A DNA stretch of 60,261 nucleotides from Slackia heliotrinireducens (GCA_020723435.1 DYIV01000001.1:1-60261); one strand, 5' to 3'. Shown: positions 28,453 to 39,170, counted from the stretch's first letter. Numbers and translations are program-made. Notes: a model not told the origin generated them from the letters alone.

Positions 28453-28949
28453 GGCGCCTCGACATCGGCGCTCGCGGCGGCTTCGACGGCCGCCGGGCGC
28501 TCCAGCTGCTCCATGCGAACTCCGGCTTCGGCCATCATCTCCTGCGCCAACTCATCAGGGTAGCTATCTCGGTAGACGGCCCGCTTCACACCGGCATTGA
28601 TCAGCATCTTCGCGCAGAGCACGCACGGCTGATGTGTCGTGTAGACCGTGGCGCCTTCGATCTGCACACCGTAGAGCGCTGCTTGAAGGATGGCGTTCTG
28701 CTCGGCGTGCAGGCCCCTGCACAGCTCGTGGCTGGCGCCGGAGGAGATGGCGCGCTGCTCGCGCAGGCAGCCTACCTCATCGCAGTGGGCCAGGCCCTTC
28801 GGCGCGCCGTTGTAGCCCGTGGCCAGGATGCGCTTGTCGCGAACGATGACGGCGCCGATGTGCCGCCTCAAGCAGGTGGAACGCTGCGAGACGTAGTCGG
28901 TGATGGTCAGGAAGTACTCGTCCCAGGAAGGGCGTTTCGACTCAGAGAT
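28449..28949 (-). CDS. comEB: dCMP deaminase (ComEB/CMP-dCMP deaminase zinc-binding family)
   Basis: HAEQNA and [13 protein letters not shown] zinc motifs. The conserved N-terminal [22 protein letters not shown] lies in frame upstream of the TTG used by the ORF track. I extend to ATC 28947-28949, which lies 5 nt after GGAGG (non-canonical start, see findings). Confidence 0.8.
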   Translation of the reverse strand: MSESKRPSWDEYFLTITDYVSQRSTCLRRHIGAVIVRDKRILATGYNGAPKGLAHCDEVGCLREQRAISSGASHELCRGLHAEQNAILQAALYGVQIEGATVYTTHQPCVLCAKMLINAGVKRAVYRDSYPDELAQEMMAEAGVRMEQLERPAAVEAAASADVEAP

Positions 28950-29025
28950 GACGGCCTCCAGCTCGCGCAGGTCCGCTGGCTTTCTTGGGGCCGAGTATAC
29001 CAGAGGGGAAAAACCGGCAGAGTGC

Positions 29026-29682
29026 CTAGTCGTTTCCCTGCCACGTCGGGGAGACGGTGCCGAACAGCCGGTCGCCGACGTCGCCGAGGCCGGGCATGAT
29101 GAGCCCGTGTGAATCGAGCGACTCGTCGATCGCGGCCGTGTAAATATCTACGTCGTCGAACTCCTCGACGATCCGGTGGATGCCCTCGGGGGCCGCCACG
29201 ACGCATATCAGGGACAGCGCCCCCGCGCCGCGCTCCTTGAGCAGCCCCAGCGTGGCGATAGCCGAGCCTCCGGTCGCCAGCATCGGATCGAGCACTATGG
29301 TCTCTCGATGGTTGATGTCATCGGGAAGCTGGCAGAAGTACCTGCGCGCCTGAAGGGTGTCCGGATCGCGGTACATGCCGACGTGGCCCACCTTGGCGTT
29401 GGGAATCAGCTCCAGTATGCCGTCGACCATTCCCAGGCCGGCCCGCAGCACCGCGACGACGGCGACCTTCTTCCCGGCCAGGCGAAACGTCTTGCCCCGG
29501 CCCAGCGGCGTGTCGATCTCACACTCCTCCAATGAGAAGTGCTTCGTCGCCTCGTAGCCCATCAGCAGCGACAGCTCGTGTATCACTTCGCGGAACTTCT
29601 TCGTGCCGATGTCGCGGTCACGCGCGATCGTCAGCTTATGCTGAATCAGCGGATGGTCCAGAACGTGAATCCGGTTGCTCAC
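29026..29682 (-). CDS. upp: uracil phosphoribosyltransferase
   Basis: [15 protein letters not shown]....FR....E...LLGYE and [10 protein letters not shown]. The GTG start at 29680-29682 overlaps the glyA stop (GTGA). Confidence 0.95.
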   Translation of the reverse strand: MSNRIHVLDHPLIQHKLTIARDRDIGTKKFREVIHELSLLMGYEATKHFSLEECEIDTPLGRGKTFRLAGKKVAVVAVLRAGLGMVDGILELIPNAKVGHVGMYRDPDTLQARRYFCQLPDDINHRETIVLDPMLATGGSAIATLGLLKERGAGALSLICVVAAPEGIHRIVEEFDDVDIYTAAIDESLDSHGLIMPGLGDVGDRLFGTVSPTWQGND

Positions 29683-30950
29683 AGGCAGACACCTTCCGTC
29701 AGGTCGGGATAGAGCGGGAACGCCTCGCACAGCCTCAGAACCTCATGGTTCGTCTCGGTGGCGACATGCTCGTCCTGCGGATTGAGCAGCGCTCTGGCGA
29801 TGAGCCCGCCAATCGTCTCCATCTCGGCCTCGCCCATGCCGCGCGTCGTGACCGCGGGCGTCCCGATTCGAATACCGCTGGTAACGAAGGCGCTCTGTGT
29901 GTCGAACGGGATCGTGTTCTTGTTGACCGTGATGCCGATCTCGTCCAGCAGCTCCTCGGCGTCACGACCGCTGAGTCCCTGCTTGGAGACATCGATCAGC
30001 ATCAGGTGCGTATCGGTGCCGCCGGAGACGACTCGAAAACCGGCCGAGCCCAGCGTGGAAGCAAGCACCTTCGCGTTGGACACCACGCGCCGCTGGTACT
30101 GGGCGAACTCCGGTGTCGAGGCCTGCTTGAGCGCGACGGCCTTTGCCGCGATGACATGCATCAGCGGTCCGCCCTGCATGCCCGGAAAGACCGCCTTGTC
30201 CACCTGCGTCGCGTACTCCTTTCGACACAGAATCATGCCCGCCCGAGGGCCTCGCAGCGTCTTGTGTGTCGTGCTCGTGACGATGTCGGCGTGGGGCACG
30301 GGACTGGGGTGCAGCCCCGCCGCCACCAGACCCGCGATGTGTGCCATGTCGACGACGAGCATTGCGCCGACCGAGTCGGCAATCCGTCGGAACGCCGCGA
30401 AATCGATCGTCCTCGGATAGGCGGTCGCCCCGGCGACGATCATCTTTGGCTGTTCCTTCTTGGTCAGCTCGAGGATGGAGTCGTAGTCGAGCTGCTCCGT
30501 GTCGCGATCGACGCCGTAGGGCACGAAGTTGTAGAGCTTGCCGGACGCGTTGACCGGGCTGCCATGCGTCAGATGGCCGCCGTGCGCCAGGTCAAGACCG
30601 AGGACCTTGTCGCCGGGCTCGAGCACCGCCATATACGCAGCCATGTTCGCTTGGGCGCCCGAGTGAGGCTGCACGTTGGCATGCTCGGCGTCGAACAGTT
30701 CTCTGGCACGGCTTCGCGCCAGGTCCTCCACCACGTCGACCATCTCGCAGCCGCCGTAGTAGCGGCGAGATGGGTAGCCTTCCGCGTACTTGTTCGTCAG
30801 AACCGACCCCTGCGCCGTGAGCACCGCCACGGAGGTGAAGTTCTCCGAGGCGATTAACTCGAGCGTGTTGCGCTGCCGGTCGAGCTCCTCTTTGATGGCG
30901 GCGGCTAGGTCCGGATCGATCTGGGCGAGCTTGCTCTTCAACTCTGACAA
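29679..30950 (-). CDS. glyA: serine hydroxymethyltransferase
   Basis: [25 protein letters not shown] and the PLP-lysine block [12 protein letters not shown]. The start is taken at TTG 30948-30950 behind GAGGAGAA. Confidence 0.95.
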   Translation of the reverse strand: MSELKSKLAQIDPDLAAAIKEELDRQRNTLELIASENFTSVAVLTAQGSVLTNKYAEGYPSRRYYGGCEMVDVVEDLARSRARELFDAEHANVQPHSGAQANMAAYMAVLEPGDKVLGLDLAHGGHLTHGSPVNASGKLYNFVPYGVDRDTEQLDYDSILELTKKEQPKMIVAGATAYPRTIDFAAFRRIADSVGAMLVVDMAHIAGLVAAGLHPSPVPHADIVTSTTHKTLRGPRAGMILCRKEYATQVDKAVFPGMQGGPLMHVIAAKAVALKQASTPEFAQYQRRVVSNAKVLASTLGSAGFRVVSGGTDTHLMLIDVSKQGLSGRDAEELLDEIGITVNKNTIPFDTQSAFVTSGIRIGTPAVTTRGMGEAEMETIGGLIARALLNPQDEHVATETNHEVLRLCEAFPLYPDLTEGVCL

Positions 30951-31393
30951 CGTAGGTTCTCCTCGATTTCCGATATCTTCCGCACCCTTCGCGCGTGTCG
31001 TCCTCCCTCGAACTCGGTGGACAACCACGCGTCGACGATCTCCTTGGCCGCGTCGGCGTCTACGATCCGCGCCGCGAGGACCAGCACGTTCGCGTCATTG
31101 TGCGCGCGGCTCATCTTCGCGGAGTAGACGTCCGGCGCCACCCCGGCGCGCACGCCCGGGAACTTGTTGGCCACCATCGCCATGCCGATACCGGCGCCGC
31201 AGATCAGTATCCCCTGGTCGCAACGGCCGGCGGAAATCTCGCGTCCGACCTTGGCGCCGATGTCGGGGTAGTCGACGGGTTCCGGCGATGACGTGCCGCA
31301 GTCCTCGACCAGCAGGCCCTGGGCGGCCAGATGACCGCGAATCGTCTCCTTGAGTTCGAAACCGGCGTGATCCGCGCCGATGCACAGCTTCAC
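30938..31393 (-). CDS. rpiB: ribose-5-phosphate isomerase B
   Basis: (V)[15 protein letters not shown]...[23 protein letters not shown]...[10 protein letters not shown]. The GTG at 31391-31393 follows GGGGAGGAAGG. The upstream part of the 347-aa track ORF is antisense noise to the neighbouring gene. Confidence 0.9.
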   Translation of the reverse strand: MKLCIGADHAGFELKETIRGHLAAQGLLVEDCGTSSPEPVDYPDIGAKVGREISAGRCDQGILICGAGIGMAMVANKFPGVRAGVAPDVYSAKMSRAHNDANVLVLAARIVDADAAKEIVDAWLSTEFEGGRHARRVRKISEIEENLRCQS

Positions 31394-31488
31394 GTAACGC
31401 CTTCCTCCCCGCGTGCGGACAGCTGCCGCACGCCACGCATGATAACCGTTAGGGGCGGCCGAATGCCAGTACGCGCGATTCGGGGAGG

Positions 31489-34400
31489 CTATCGTACGAC
31501 AAAGTATCGGATCGGACTCCACGTTCCCAGGTGACAGGCACCGCCATGATAAGCTCTCACGTACCACCTGCCGGCGTACGGAAGACGGTAGCGGAGCCGG
31601 TACCTGGCGTAGCCATAGTAGTTGTAGTTGGTCGCGTATCTGATCGCGTAGCGCTTCCAGAGGTAGCGGCCGCGGTAGCGAATCCTTCGATAGAAATACA
31701 GCCTTGTGTAGCCGGAATGCCACGGCTTCAGATAGCCGTAGACGTAGAAGTTGCGCCCTCGGACGGGACTGGACGAGGCGGTCCACGGTCTGCCCAGGTA
31801 GGCGCGACAGCTCACAGTGGCCGTGGATGAGATCGACGGACCGTACGCCGGAGTGCCGGTGAAGCGAAGCTGAAGAAGGGTCCTCGCCGCTATCGTAACC
31901 GTCGTTTCGTATCGTGTGGTTGCCGGGTTGTAGGTCGCGGTGGCCTCGCGAGTCCAGCTCGACCCGTCGGGACTTCTCCACAGAGTCACGTCCTGATCCG
32001 CGAGAGTCTCCTCGACCGACCTTGGTCCGCGCGGGCTGATGGGAGACCCGCTCCCGACGGACTTGAGCGTGCCGACCACGGGCACCTTGTCTCCGTAGTT
32101 CCAGTTGCGGTTGCCGCCGACATCGATAGTGAGCGTCGTCGGGCCCGAAGGCGTCGCGGTCGCCGTCATCGGGAGACTGCTGTTGGCGGCGGAGTCCATA
32201 ACGAAGATGGTGTAATGGTACTTCTTGCCGTTGACCACAGACGCGTCAATCGTCGCTTCGTCGGCATCCTCGTAGATGCGGATCTGGTCGCCGCTGGGAA
32301 CGGGCGAGACGGCGAAGGTGGTATCGGAGCGAAGAATCCTTACCGACGAAAAGTCGATGGGCGGATTGCTCCAAGATAGATCGACCCGTTCATCTCCTGC
32401 GATTGCGGAGAAACCGCTGACCGGCTCGGGCGGGGTGGAGTCAGCGAGAAGAACCGCGACCTGGGCATTCGAGAAGCCTCTGGTCGCCACGACCAGATCC
32501 GGCCGGCCGTCGATGTTAAGGTCGCTGGCGACGACGTTCCCCGTGTACCACGTGTTGGCGGGCCAGGTAGTCTCGCTGCTGAAGTCGCCGGCGCCATCGC
32601 CGAGCAGGACGCTGACATATGCGGGCTCGGTATCGCTGGGAACGACGAGATCGTCACTGCCGTCGCGATTGAGATCGGCAACGGTGACAGCCGAAGCCGA
32701 TTCTCCGGCAGTGAGCGTTGCCGGATCGCTGAAGGCTCCCGTCCCGTCTCCGATGAGCACGAAGACTCTGCCGGCGGTGTGCTGTGCCACGGCCAAGTCC
32801 TTGTTGCCGTCGCGATTGAAGTCGCCCACTGCGACGTCACAAAGGTAGTCTTCCCTGACCTCGAAGGCGGTGGGAGCGCCGAACCCACCGCTTCCATCGC
32901 CCAGAAGAACAGCGACACTCTGGCCGGTATAGTTCGCCGCAACCAAGTCAGTCTTCCCGTCGTCGTTGAGGTCGGCCGCCTTCAAGCCGTAGGGCTCGTA
33001 GATGGCGGAGAACCTGTTGGGGGCGCCGAAGCCCCCCATCCCGTCACCCAGAAGGACGGAGATGTCCCACGAGTAGGAGTTGCCGGTCGCCAAATCAGGC
33101 AAGCCGTCTCGGTCGAAATCAGCGATGACGACGCTCTTGGGACCGGTCGAGCCTGCTCCGATGGTGAAGTTCGCCGCAGCGCCGAAGCCGCCCGACCCAT
33201 TGCCAAGGAGCACGGACACGTTGTTAGAGTCCCGGTTGGCGACGGCCAGGTCCTGTGCTCCGTCGCGATTGACATCGCCGACCGCCACGGCTGCGGCCCA
33301 GTCCCCTGTCCCGAAGGTAGTCCCCGCTGCAAGGCCGCCACTCCCGTCGCCGAGAAGGACGGACACGTTGTCGGCCATGCTGTTGGATACGGCAAGATCA
33401 GGCCTGCCATCTCTATTGAAATCGCCCTCGGCAATGGAATCGGCGCTCGCGTTGGCGCCGTCCGGGTAGTTGACCGCAGCCTCGTAGCCCGCGCCCTGAG
33501 CCAGACTCGTCGTGTTCATCAGCACCGAGATGCTGTCCGAGCCGCGATTGGCGACCGCGGCGTCCGGCTTGCCGTCGCCGTTGACGTCCCCCAGCGCGAT
33601 GCCCGCCGGAATCCCTCCCGGTGTGGTAGCGAAGTACGAGGGAGCCGAGAACCCGCCCACGCCGTCGCCGACCAGCACAGCCATGTTCGACGTCGAGCCG
33701 TCGGCGGCAACCAGGTCTTGGTTGCCGTCACGGTTGAGGTCGCCAACGGCCACGCTGTTGGGATTGGTGCCCGCTCCCGCACTGAAGGATACCGCCGCCG
33801 AGAAGGAGCCTGAGCCGTCGCCGAGCAGCACTGACAGGTCGCTCGAGTTTACGTTCGCCGTGCCAACGTCGATCTTGGCGTCCCCATTGAAGTCTCCCAG
33901 CGCTACAGAGTGAGGATTCACGCCGACGGTGAACGTCGTAGGAGCCGAGAAAGCGCCCGCGCCGTCTCCGAGCAGAACACAGATGCGGTTGCCCCAATAG
34001 TCCGACGCGACGATATCCTGCTTCCCGTCACGGTTGATGTCCCCGGCCGCCAGTGAAGACTGGCCGCCGTCGGCCGTATGGCTCGTCGGTGCGGAGAAAC
34101 CACCGGCGCCATCGCCCAGGAAGACAACGACCTTGTCAGAGGCGTTTGCGACCGCAAGATCGGTCTTTCCGTCGCGATTGAAATCGGCTGTGTCGACGCC
34201 GGCTGCATCGGCGCCAACATCAAGGTTTGCAGGAGCGCCGAAACCCCCGGCGCCGTCTCCCGAGAGGACGGAGACGGTCCGCGACGTGAGGTTGGATACG
34301 GCAAGATCGGTCTTTCCGTCGCGATCGAAGTCGCCCGGAGCTACGCAGTAGGCTCCGGCCTGCGCCTCTGCGGTGGATGTTGCGGAGAAGCCGCCGGACC

Positions 34401-34665
34401 CGTCACCCAGCAGAATGGAGACATCACCCGACGTGGCGTTGGGAACCGCAATGTCCGGCCTGCCGTCCGAGTTCAGATCCGAAATCGCCGGAGTCCTTGG
34501 GCTCTGGCCGACGGAGAGGGTGGCCTCCGGAGCGAATGCCGGTGCCTGTTGGGCTCCTGCTCCGCCCGATCGTGCCAGGACGACAACCAGGATAAGCAGC
34601 GTCGTCATGAGAAAGAGCGAAACCCACCTTGGATTCGCGCGATTGGAGAGAGCTGACCGCGTCAC
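31489..34665 (-). CDS. large secreted FG-GAP/VCBS-repeat protein (14 repeats) with FN3-like domain and Arg/Tyr-rich C-terminal domain
   Basis: It has a signal anchor, then 14 occurrences of the [GAS]D[FLVI][ND]x[DG][GA]xxD[LIV] calcium-loop motif, each followed by V(L/F)LGDG(S/A)GGF. That is enough for two 7-bladed propellers. The C-terminus is described in the findings. Confidence 0.85.
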   Translation of the reverse strand: MTRSALSNRANPRWVSLFLMTTLLILVVVLARSGGAGAQQAPAFAPEATLSVGQSPRTPAISDLNSDGRPDIAVPNATSGDVSILLGDGSGGFSATSTAEAQAGAYCVAPGDFDRDGKTDLAVSNLTSRTVSVLSGDGAGGFGAPANLDVGADAAGVDTADFNRDGKTDLAVANASDKVVVFLGDGAGGFSAPTSHTADGGQSSLAAGDINRDGKQDIVASDYWGNRICVLLGDGAGAFSAPTTFTVGVNPHSVALGDFNGDAKIDVGTANVNSSDLSVLLGDGSGSFSAAVSFSAGAGTNPNSVAVGDLNRDGNQDLVAADGSTSNMAVLVGDGVGGFSAPSYFATTPGGIPAGIALGDVNGDGKPDAAVANRGSDSISVLMNTTSLAQGAGYEAAVNYPDGANASADSIAEGDFNRDGRPDLAVSNSMADNVSVLLGDGSGGLAAGTTFGTGDWAAAVAVGDVNRDGAQDLAVANRDSNNVSVLLGNGSGGFGAAANFTIGAGSTGPKSVVIADFDRDGLPDLATGNSYSWDISVLLGDGMGGFGAPNRFSAIYEPYGLKAADLNDDGKTDLVAANYTGQSVAVLLGDGSGGFGAPTAFEVREDYLCDVAVGDFNRDGNKDLAVAQHTAGRVFVLIGDGTGAFSDPATLTAGESASAVTVADLNRDGSDDLVVPSDTEPAYVSVLLGDGAGDFSSETTWPANTWYTGNVVASDLNIDGRPDLVVATRGFSNAQVAVLLADSTPPEPVSGFSAIAGDERVDLSWSNPPIDFSSVRILRSDTTFAVSPVPSGDQIRIYEDADEATIDASVVNGKKYHYTIFVMDSAANSSLPMTATATPSGPTTLTIDVGGNRNWNYGDKVPVVGTLKSVGSGSPISPRGPRSVEETLADQDVTLWRSPDGSSWTREATATYNPATTRYETTVTIAARTLLQLRFTGTPAYGPSISSTATVSCRAYLGRPWTASSSPVRGRNFYVYGYLKPWHSGYTRLYFYRRIRYRGRYLWKRYAIRYATNYNYYGYARYRLRYRLPYAGRWYVRAYHGGACHLGTWSPIRYFVVR

Positions 34666-34738
34666 CTACAACACCCCCGACACTACGTCAGCTTATCACC
34701 GCCAGCCTGCGATTGAAAGCAGCAGGTCGTCGGTCTGA

Positions 34739-35380
34739 TTACTTCTCGACGCGGATGCCGGCCGCACGCTCCATCATCCTGGCGGTCACAGTGCCTTCGC
34801 GCAGCAGCCGAGGAGCCGAGCCGGTCAGATCGAGTACGGAGGAGGCCACGCCGATGCGCGTCCGGCCCGCGTCCAGCACGAGGTCTACGTGCTTGAGAAG
34901 CCGCGGGTCAAGCTCATCGGGCGACTTGGCCGCGTTCTCTCCCGAGTAGTTGGCGCTCGTGCAGGCCAGAGGACCTACTCGCCTCGCCAGACTCGTCGCT
35001 ATCGGATGATCGGGCAGGCGAACGCCCACGCATCCGCGCGCGGCGGTGACGATCAGAGGCACGTCAGGGTGGGCATCCATGACCAACGTGAGCGGTCCCG
35101 GCCAGAACCGGCGCATCAGCGGACGGGCGACCACAGGCACGTGGCGGACTAGGCGAGCCAGATGAGTCCTGGCCGCCACGAGCACGGGCAATGGATTGCC
35201 CTTGCGTCGCCCCTTCGCCTTGAAGACCCTCTCCGCCGCCGCTTCGTTGAAGGCGTCGCAGGCGATGCCGTAGACGGTCTCAGTCGGCAAGACGACCACA
35301 CCGCCTTCGGCGAGAACCTTTGCCGCCGCCTCGAGCGCCGATCGCCGCGGCTTCTTGGGATTGACCGCTATCCGTCTCAT
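34739..35380 (-). CDS. tsaC: L-threonylcarbamoyladenylate synthase (YrdC/YwlC-type TsaC)
   Basis: VVVLPTETVYGIACDAFN...KAKGRRKGNPLPVLV...WPGPLTLV...SANYSGE. Confidence 0.85.
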   Translation of the reverse strand: MRRIAVNPKKPRRSALEAAAKVLAEGGVVVLPTETVYGIACDAFNEAAAERVFKAKGRRKGNPLPVLVAARTHLARLVRHVPVVARPLMRRFWPGPLTLVMDAHPDVPLIVTAARGCVGVRLPDHPIATSLARRVGPLACTSANYSGENAAKSPDELDPRLLKHVDLVLDAGRTRIGVASSVLDLTGSAPRLLREGTVTARMMERAAGIRVEK

Positions 35381-35425
35381 AGCCCCTCCATCACCACACC
35401 CGTCACGGCCCTGTCATCAGACCCA

Positions 35426-36343
35426 TCACGGTCTTGCCACTACGCCCGTCACGACCCGATCGAGTCCGGCAAGGTCCCGCAGAACCGTAATCTGATCGAA
35501 TCGGTCCTTCATCATCGTGCTGACTGCATCGGCCTGCGCCTCGCCGATCTCAAGAGCGAGTAGTCCGCCGGGACGCAGGAAGTCCGGCGCGGCGTCAATG
35601 ATTCGTCGCAGGACGGAAAGCCCATCCGCACCGCCGTCCAGAGCTCCTCGCGGCTCGTAACGGCTGATCTCAGCAGGCAGCGCGTCGATCTCGGCCGTCG
35701 GTATGTAGGGAGGATTGGAGACGACGACGTCAAGCGTGCCCGCGATGCCGGGCGCTTCCGCGATGTCGGGCACTCGCGCGATGCCGGACGCCAACGGTTC
35801 CAGCAGATCGCCTTGAAGGAAGTCAATCCTGTCCGAGACGCCGGCCGCCTTCGCGTTCTCACTTGCCAGACCGAGCGCCTCTTCCGACACATCGGTTGCG
35901 TAGACGCGCGCGCCGTCGATCTCTCTCGCGACGGAAACGGCGACGGCGCCGCTCCCGGTGCCGATGTCGGCCGCAACCAATCCCCCTCGATCGCCGGCCG
36001 CAAACGCCAGCACCGCCTCGACAAGCAGTTCAGTCTCCGGGCGTGGGATGAGCACGGCGGGCGACACGGCGAGCGTCAGATAGCGGAAGGCCTTGCGTTC
36101 GAGAATGTAGGCGACCGGCTCTCCATCCAGGCGTCTCTGAATGAGACCTCGATAGCGCGCGCGCTCTTCGACGCCGAGAGACCTGTCGGGATTGGCGTAG
36201 AGGTCCACCCGATCGCAGCCGAGCGCCTCAGCGAGCAGCAGCTCCGCGTCGAGCCGAGGTTGTTCGATGGCCGCGCCGGTGAATCGAGAGACGGTCCAAG
36301 CCAAGGCCTCGGCGCTCGTCCAGACCTTGTCGGCCAAGGTCAC
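35426..36343 (-). CDS. prmC: release-factor glutamine N5-methyltransferase PrmC (HemK)
   Basis: PVAYI.....F......V...VLIPRPETE, the SAM motif [11 protein letters not shown] and the catalytic NPPY (VVSNPPYIP). It has a 4-nt overlap with prfA. Confidence 0.9.
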   Translation of the reverse strand: MTLADKVWTSAEALAWTVSRFTGAAIEQPRLDAELLLAEALGCDRVDLYANPDRSLGVEERARYRGLIQRRLDGEPVAYILERKAFRYLTLAVSPAVLIPRPETELLVEAVLAFAAGDRGGLVAADIGTGSGAVAVSVAREIDGARVYATDVSEEALGLASENAKAAGVSDRIDFLQGDLLEPLASGIARVPDIAEAPGIAGTLDVVVSNPPYIPTAEIDALPAEISRYEPRGALDGGADGLSVLRRIIDAAPDFLRPGGLLALEIGEAQADAVSTMMKDRFDQITVLRDLAGLDRVVTGVVARP

Positions 36344-37410
36344 ACCACCTGCTCGAGCTGAGCAGCCCTATCCGCCGTGGCGAGCGCATCGATCAGGTCG
36401 TCTATCTGTCCCTCGAGCACGCCGGCGAGACTGTGGATCGAGAGTCCGATTCTATGATCGGTAACCCGGTTCTGCGGGAAGTTGTAGGTACGGATGCGCT
36501 CCGAGCGATCCCCGGTCCCGACCTGGCTGCGCCTGGCCGCCGACAGCTCCGCGTCCTGTTCGGCCTGCGCCTTCTCGTAGAGCCGCGCCCGCAGGATCTT
36601 CAGCGCCCGCTCCTTATTCTGCAGCTGCGACTTCTCGTCCTGGCAGCTGACGACCATTCCGGTCGGCAGATGCGTAACGCGCACGGCCGAGTCGGTCGTG
36701 TTCACCGACTGGCCTCCCGGCCCGGAAGAGCGGAAGATGTCGATGCGCAGATCGTTCGGGTTCATCTCGACCTCCACGTCCTCCGCCTCCGGCAGCACCG
36801 CGACGGTCGCTGTGGATGTGTGAATGCGCCCGCCCGACTCGGTCACCGGGATGCGCTGCACGCGATGAACGCCGGATTCATACTTGAGCTTCGAGAAGGC
36901 GCCCTTTCCTTTGACCTCAAAGATGATCTCGCGAAAACCACCGACGTCGCTGGGCGAGGCGCTCATCGCCTGGGTCTTCCAGCCCTGAGTGTCCGCGTAG
37001 CGGGTGTACATCCGAAATAGGTCCCCCGCGAAAAGATTCGCCTCATCGCCGCCGGCTCCGCCGCGAATCTCCATGATGACGTCCTTCTCATCTCTGGGAT
37101 CCTTCGGCAGCATAAGGAGGCGGATCTCCTCTTCGAGCAGGGCGATCTTCTCCTTGAGAGAGGACTTCTCGCCATGGAGGAACTCGACCATCTCCTGGTC
37201 GGTCTCGCCCTTCTCCAGCTCCATCGCGTCGTCGAGCGCCGCCGTCGTGCGCCGGTACTCCCCGATCTTCTCCACCAGCGGAGCCAGATCGGCATGGGCC
37301 TTGGCGAGCTTGGCGTAGGCGTCACGATCCGAGAGCACGTCCGGGTCGCCCAGCTTGCGCTCGATCTCTTCGTAGTCCCTCGCGATTACGTCGAACTTGT
37401 CGGTCAGCAT
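36340..37410 (-). CDS. prfA: peptide chain release factor 1
   Basis: 356 aa with the PVT-type tripeptide region ([14 protein letters not shown]) and the GGQ motif ([16 protein letters not shown]). Confidence 0.95.
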   Translation of the reverse strand: MLTDKFDVIARDYEEIERKLGDPDVLSDRDAYAKLAKAHADLAPLVEKIGEYRRTTAALDDAMELEKGETDQEMVEFLHGEKSSLKEKIALLEEEIRLLMLPKDPRDEKDVIMEIRGGAGGDEANLFAGDLFRMYTRYADTQGWKTQAMSASPSDVGGFREIIFEVKGKGAFSKLKYESGVHRVQRIPVTESGGRIHTSTATVAVLPEAEDVEVEMNPNDLRIDIFRSSGPGGQSVNTTDSAVRVTHLPTGMVVSCQDEKSQLQNKERALKILRARLYEKAQAEQDAELSAARRSQVGTGDRSERIRTYNFPQNRVTDHRIGLSIHSLAGVLEGQIDDLIDALATADRAAQLEQVV

Positions 37411-37533
37411 TCCGTCATTCCTCGATGGGCCGGAGTGGTCTCTGCCTTCTCTCTAATCATACAACGCAACGTGGGTCCGCACGTCCCATCCACGGCAGCC
37501 GAAAGCACTAGAGTGGGGGCAAGACCGCGCGTG

Positions 37534-38481
37534 CTACGGGCCGTCGTCGGCGACCGTGCTCGCCGCCTCTCCCACCGCCTCAGCCACGTTGCCAGCCGGC
37601 GCGAGACCCTCAAGCCGCATCAGCCGGCCCAGCGCGTCGATCGCCACCTCGATTTGGCTGTCGTCGGGCTCGCGCGTCGTCATCCGCTGCAGGAGCATAC
37701 CCGGCCAGGCCACCACACGCACGATCGGCGAATTCTCGAACCTAGCCGTGAGCTTCAACACCTCATAAGAGATTCCGGCGATCAGCGGCACCGCCACGAT
37801 GCGAACGGCAATGCGCATCAGAATCGACGTCTGCGGAAGAAACGAGAAGACCACGATCGCCGTGATCATTACCCACAGCAGGAAGCTCGTGCCGCAGCGC
37901 AGGTGCGCCGTCGTGTGCGGCCGGACGTTCTCGACCGTCAACTCCTGTCCCGCCTCGTAGGCATGGATCGATTTGTGCTCGGCGCCGTGGTACTGGAAGA
38001 CCCTCGCCACATCTCTGATCCGAGAGACCAAGTAGATGTAGGCGAAGAAGATGGCGATGCGAAAGATCCCGTCGACGATGTTCCAGCCGAACCGTCCGGG
38101 CAAGTAGCGATTGAAGACGTTGGTGATCAGCGCCGGCGCCACGACGAAGAGCGCGATCGCCACGACCAGACCGACCGTCATGGTGAGGCTCATTTCGCCC
38201 TTAGTCAGCTGCACGTCCTCGTCACCGGCCTGCATGGCCGAGAAACTGAACGCCTGCAGCGCCAGGGAGATAGAGTCGTACAGCGCGATGACGCCGCGCA
38301 CGACCGGCACCTTGGCCAGGGTCTTGTGGCGGCTCACGCGCGAGAGCTTCTTTTCCTGGGAGACTATCGAGCCGTCGTGGCGACGACAGGAGACTGCCCA
38401 GTGCTTCGGGCCGCGCATCATGACACCCTCGATGACCGCCTGGCCGCCGAGCGTCGGCTTACCGGCCGTCTCAGCCGTCAC
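37534..38481 (-). CDS. DUF1385 (YqhQ-like) membrane protein
   Basis: GGQAVIEGVMMRG...YHGAEHK...LRCGTSFLL blocks characteristic of DUF1385. Confidence 0.8.
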   Translation of the reverse strand: MTAETAGKPTLGGQAVIEGVMMRGPKHWAVSCRRHDGSIVSQEKKLSRVSRHKTLAKVPVVRGVIALYDSISLALQAFSFSAMQAGDEDVQLTKGEMSLTMTVGLVVAIALFVVAPALITNVFNRYLPGRFGWNIVDGIFRIAIFFAYIYLVSRIRDVARVFQYHGAEHKSIHAYEAGQELTVENVRPHTTAHLRCGTSFLLWVMITAIVVFSFLPQTSILMRIAVRIVAVPLIAGISYEVLKLTARFENSPIVRVVAWPGMLLQRMTTREPDDSQIEVAIDALGRLMRLEGLAPAGNVAEAVGEAASTVADDGP

Positions 38482-39166
38482 CGGCAGTCCCCGCTCTCTT
38501 GCGCTTCGGGTACGGATCGCCGCAGGTCATCTTGCCTTCAGGACACGGGCCCCGCGCGCAGTTCGGCCCGGCCTCGTAGAAAATCGTCGGACATGTCTCG
38601 CGCGCCAGATCGAGCATCTTCCATGCCATCGCCCGGATCTCCCACTGCGCGCGGTTGCAGCAGCGCAGCGTAAAGAAGTGGAGCAGCTCGCGGCAGTTCA
38701 TCGTCACGACTATCTTCGTCTCGACGCCCTGCGCGAGCACGTAGCGGGCATCTTCAGCCTCGACGCCCATCTCGAGCAGATCGCGATAGGCGTCGTTGGT
38801 GGCGCCAACGATCTTCTCGAACTTGGCCTCGGCCTCGGGATTGTCCGCGATCGCGGGCGGTATGATGAACTGGACGGTATCGTACTTCACGTACCGCTGG
38901 GACTGCTGGTTGTAGGATGCCAGACGATGTCTGACCAGCTGGTGCGAGCACGCCCGAGAGATGCCGTCGATGGCAAAGGTCAAAGAGGCGTGTTCCAGCG
39001 CGCTGTGGTGGCCGGAGCCCAGGATGGTATCGAGAACCTTGGCGACCTGCTCGTCGGTCATCTTGGCAAAAAGGTCGGCGGCGCCTAGCGGCGCATAACA
39101 CAATCGAGCCGCGGCGGCTATCGTCCGCTCCGGCTCGGGGCTGTGCTCAAGGAGCCTAACCTGCAC
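38471..39166 (-). CDS. thyX: flavin-dependent thymidylate synthase ThyX
   Basis: ThyX signature RHRLASYNQQSQRY, plus HHSALEH and the RACSHQLVRH context. The start is taken at GTG 39164-39166, just after the rpmE stop. The N-terminal Arg-rich extension of the track ORF overlaps rpmE. Confidence 0.9.
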   Translation of the reverse strand: MQVRLLEHSPEPERTIAAAARLCYAPLGAADLFAKMTDEQVAKVLDTILGSGHHSALEHASLTFAIDGISRACSHQLVRHRLASYNQQSQRYVKYDTVQFIIPPAIADNPEAEAKFEKIVGATNDAYRDLLEMGVEAEDARYVLAQGVETKIVVTMNCRELLHFFTLRCCNRAQWEIRAMAWKMLDLARETCPTIFYEAGPNCARGPCPEGKMTCGDPYPKRKRAGTAGDG

Positions 39167-39170
39167 GATC

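Noticed and set aside
35384-35460. Direct repeat CGTGACGGGCGTAGTG / CGTGACGGGTGTGGTG at the prmC-tsaC junction, as a possible fifth copy of the dispersed motif.
   Set aside because: Only the GGTGTGGTG core is shared with the 18-mer. One copy lies inside the prmC coding sequence. The similarity is too short to separate from chance in GC-rich DNA.
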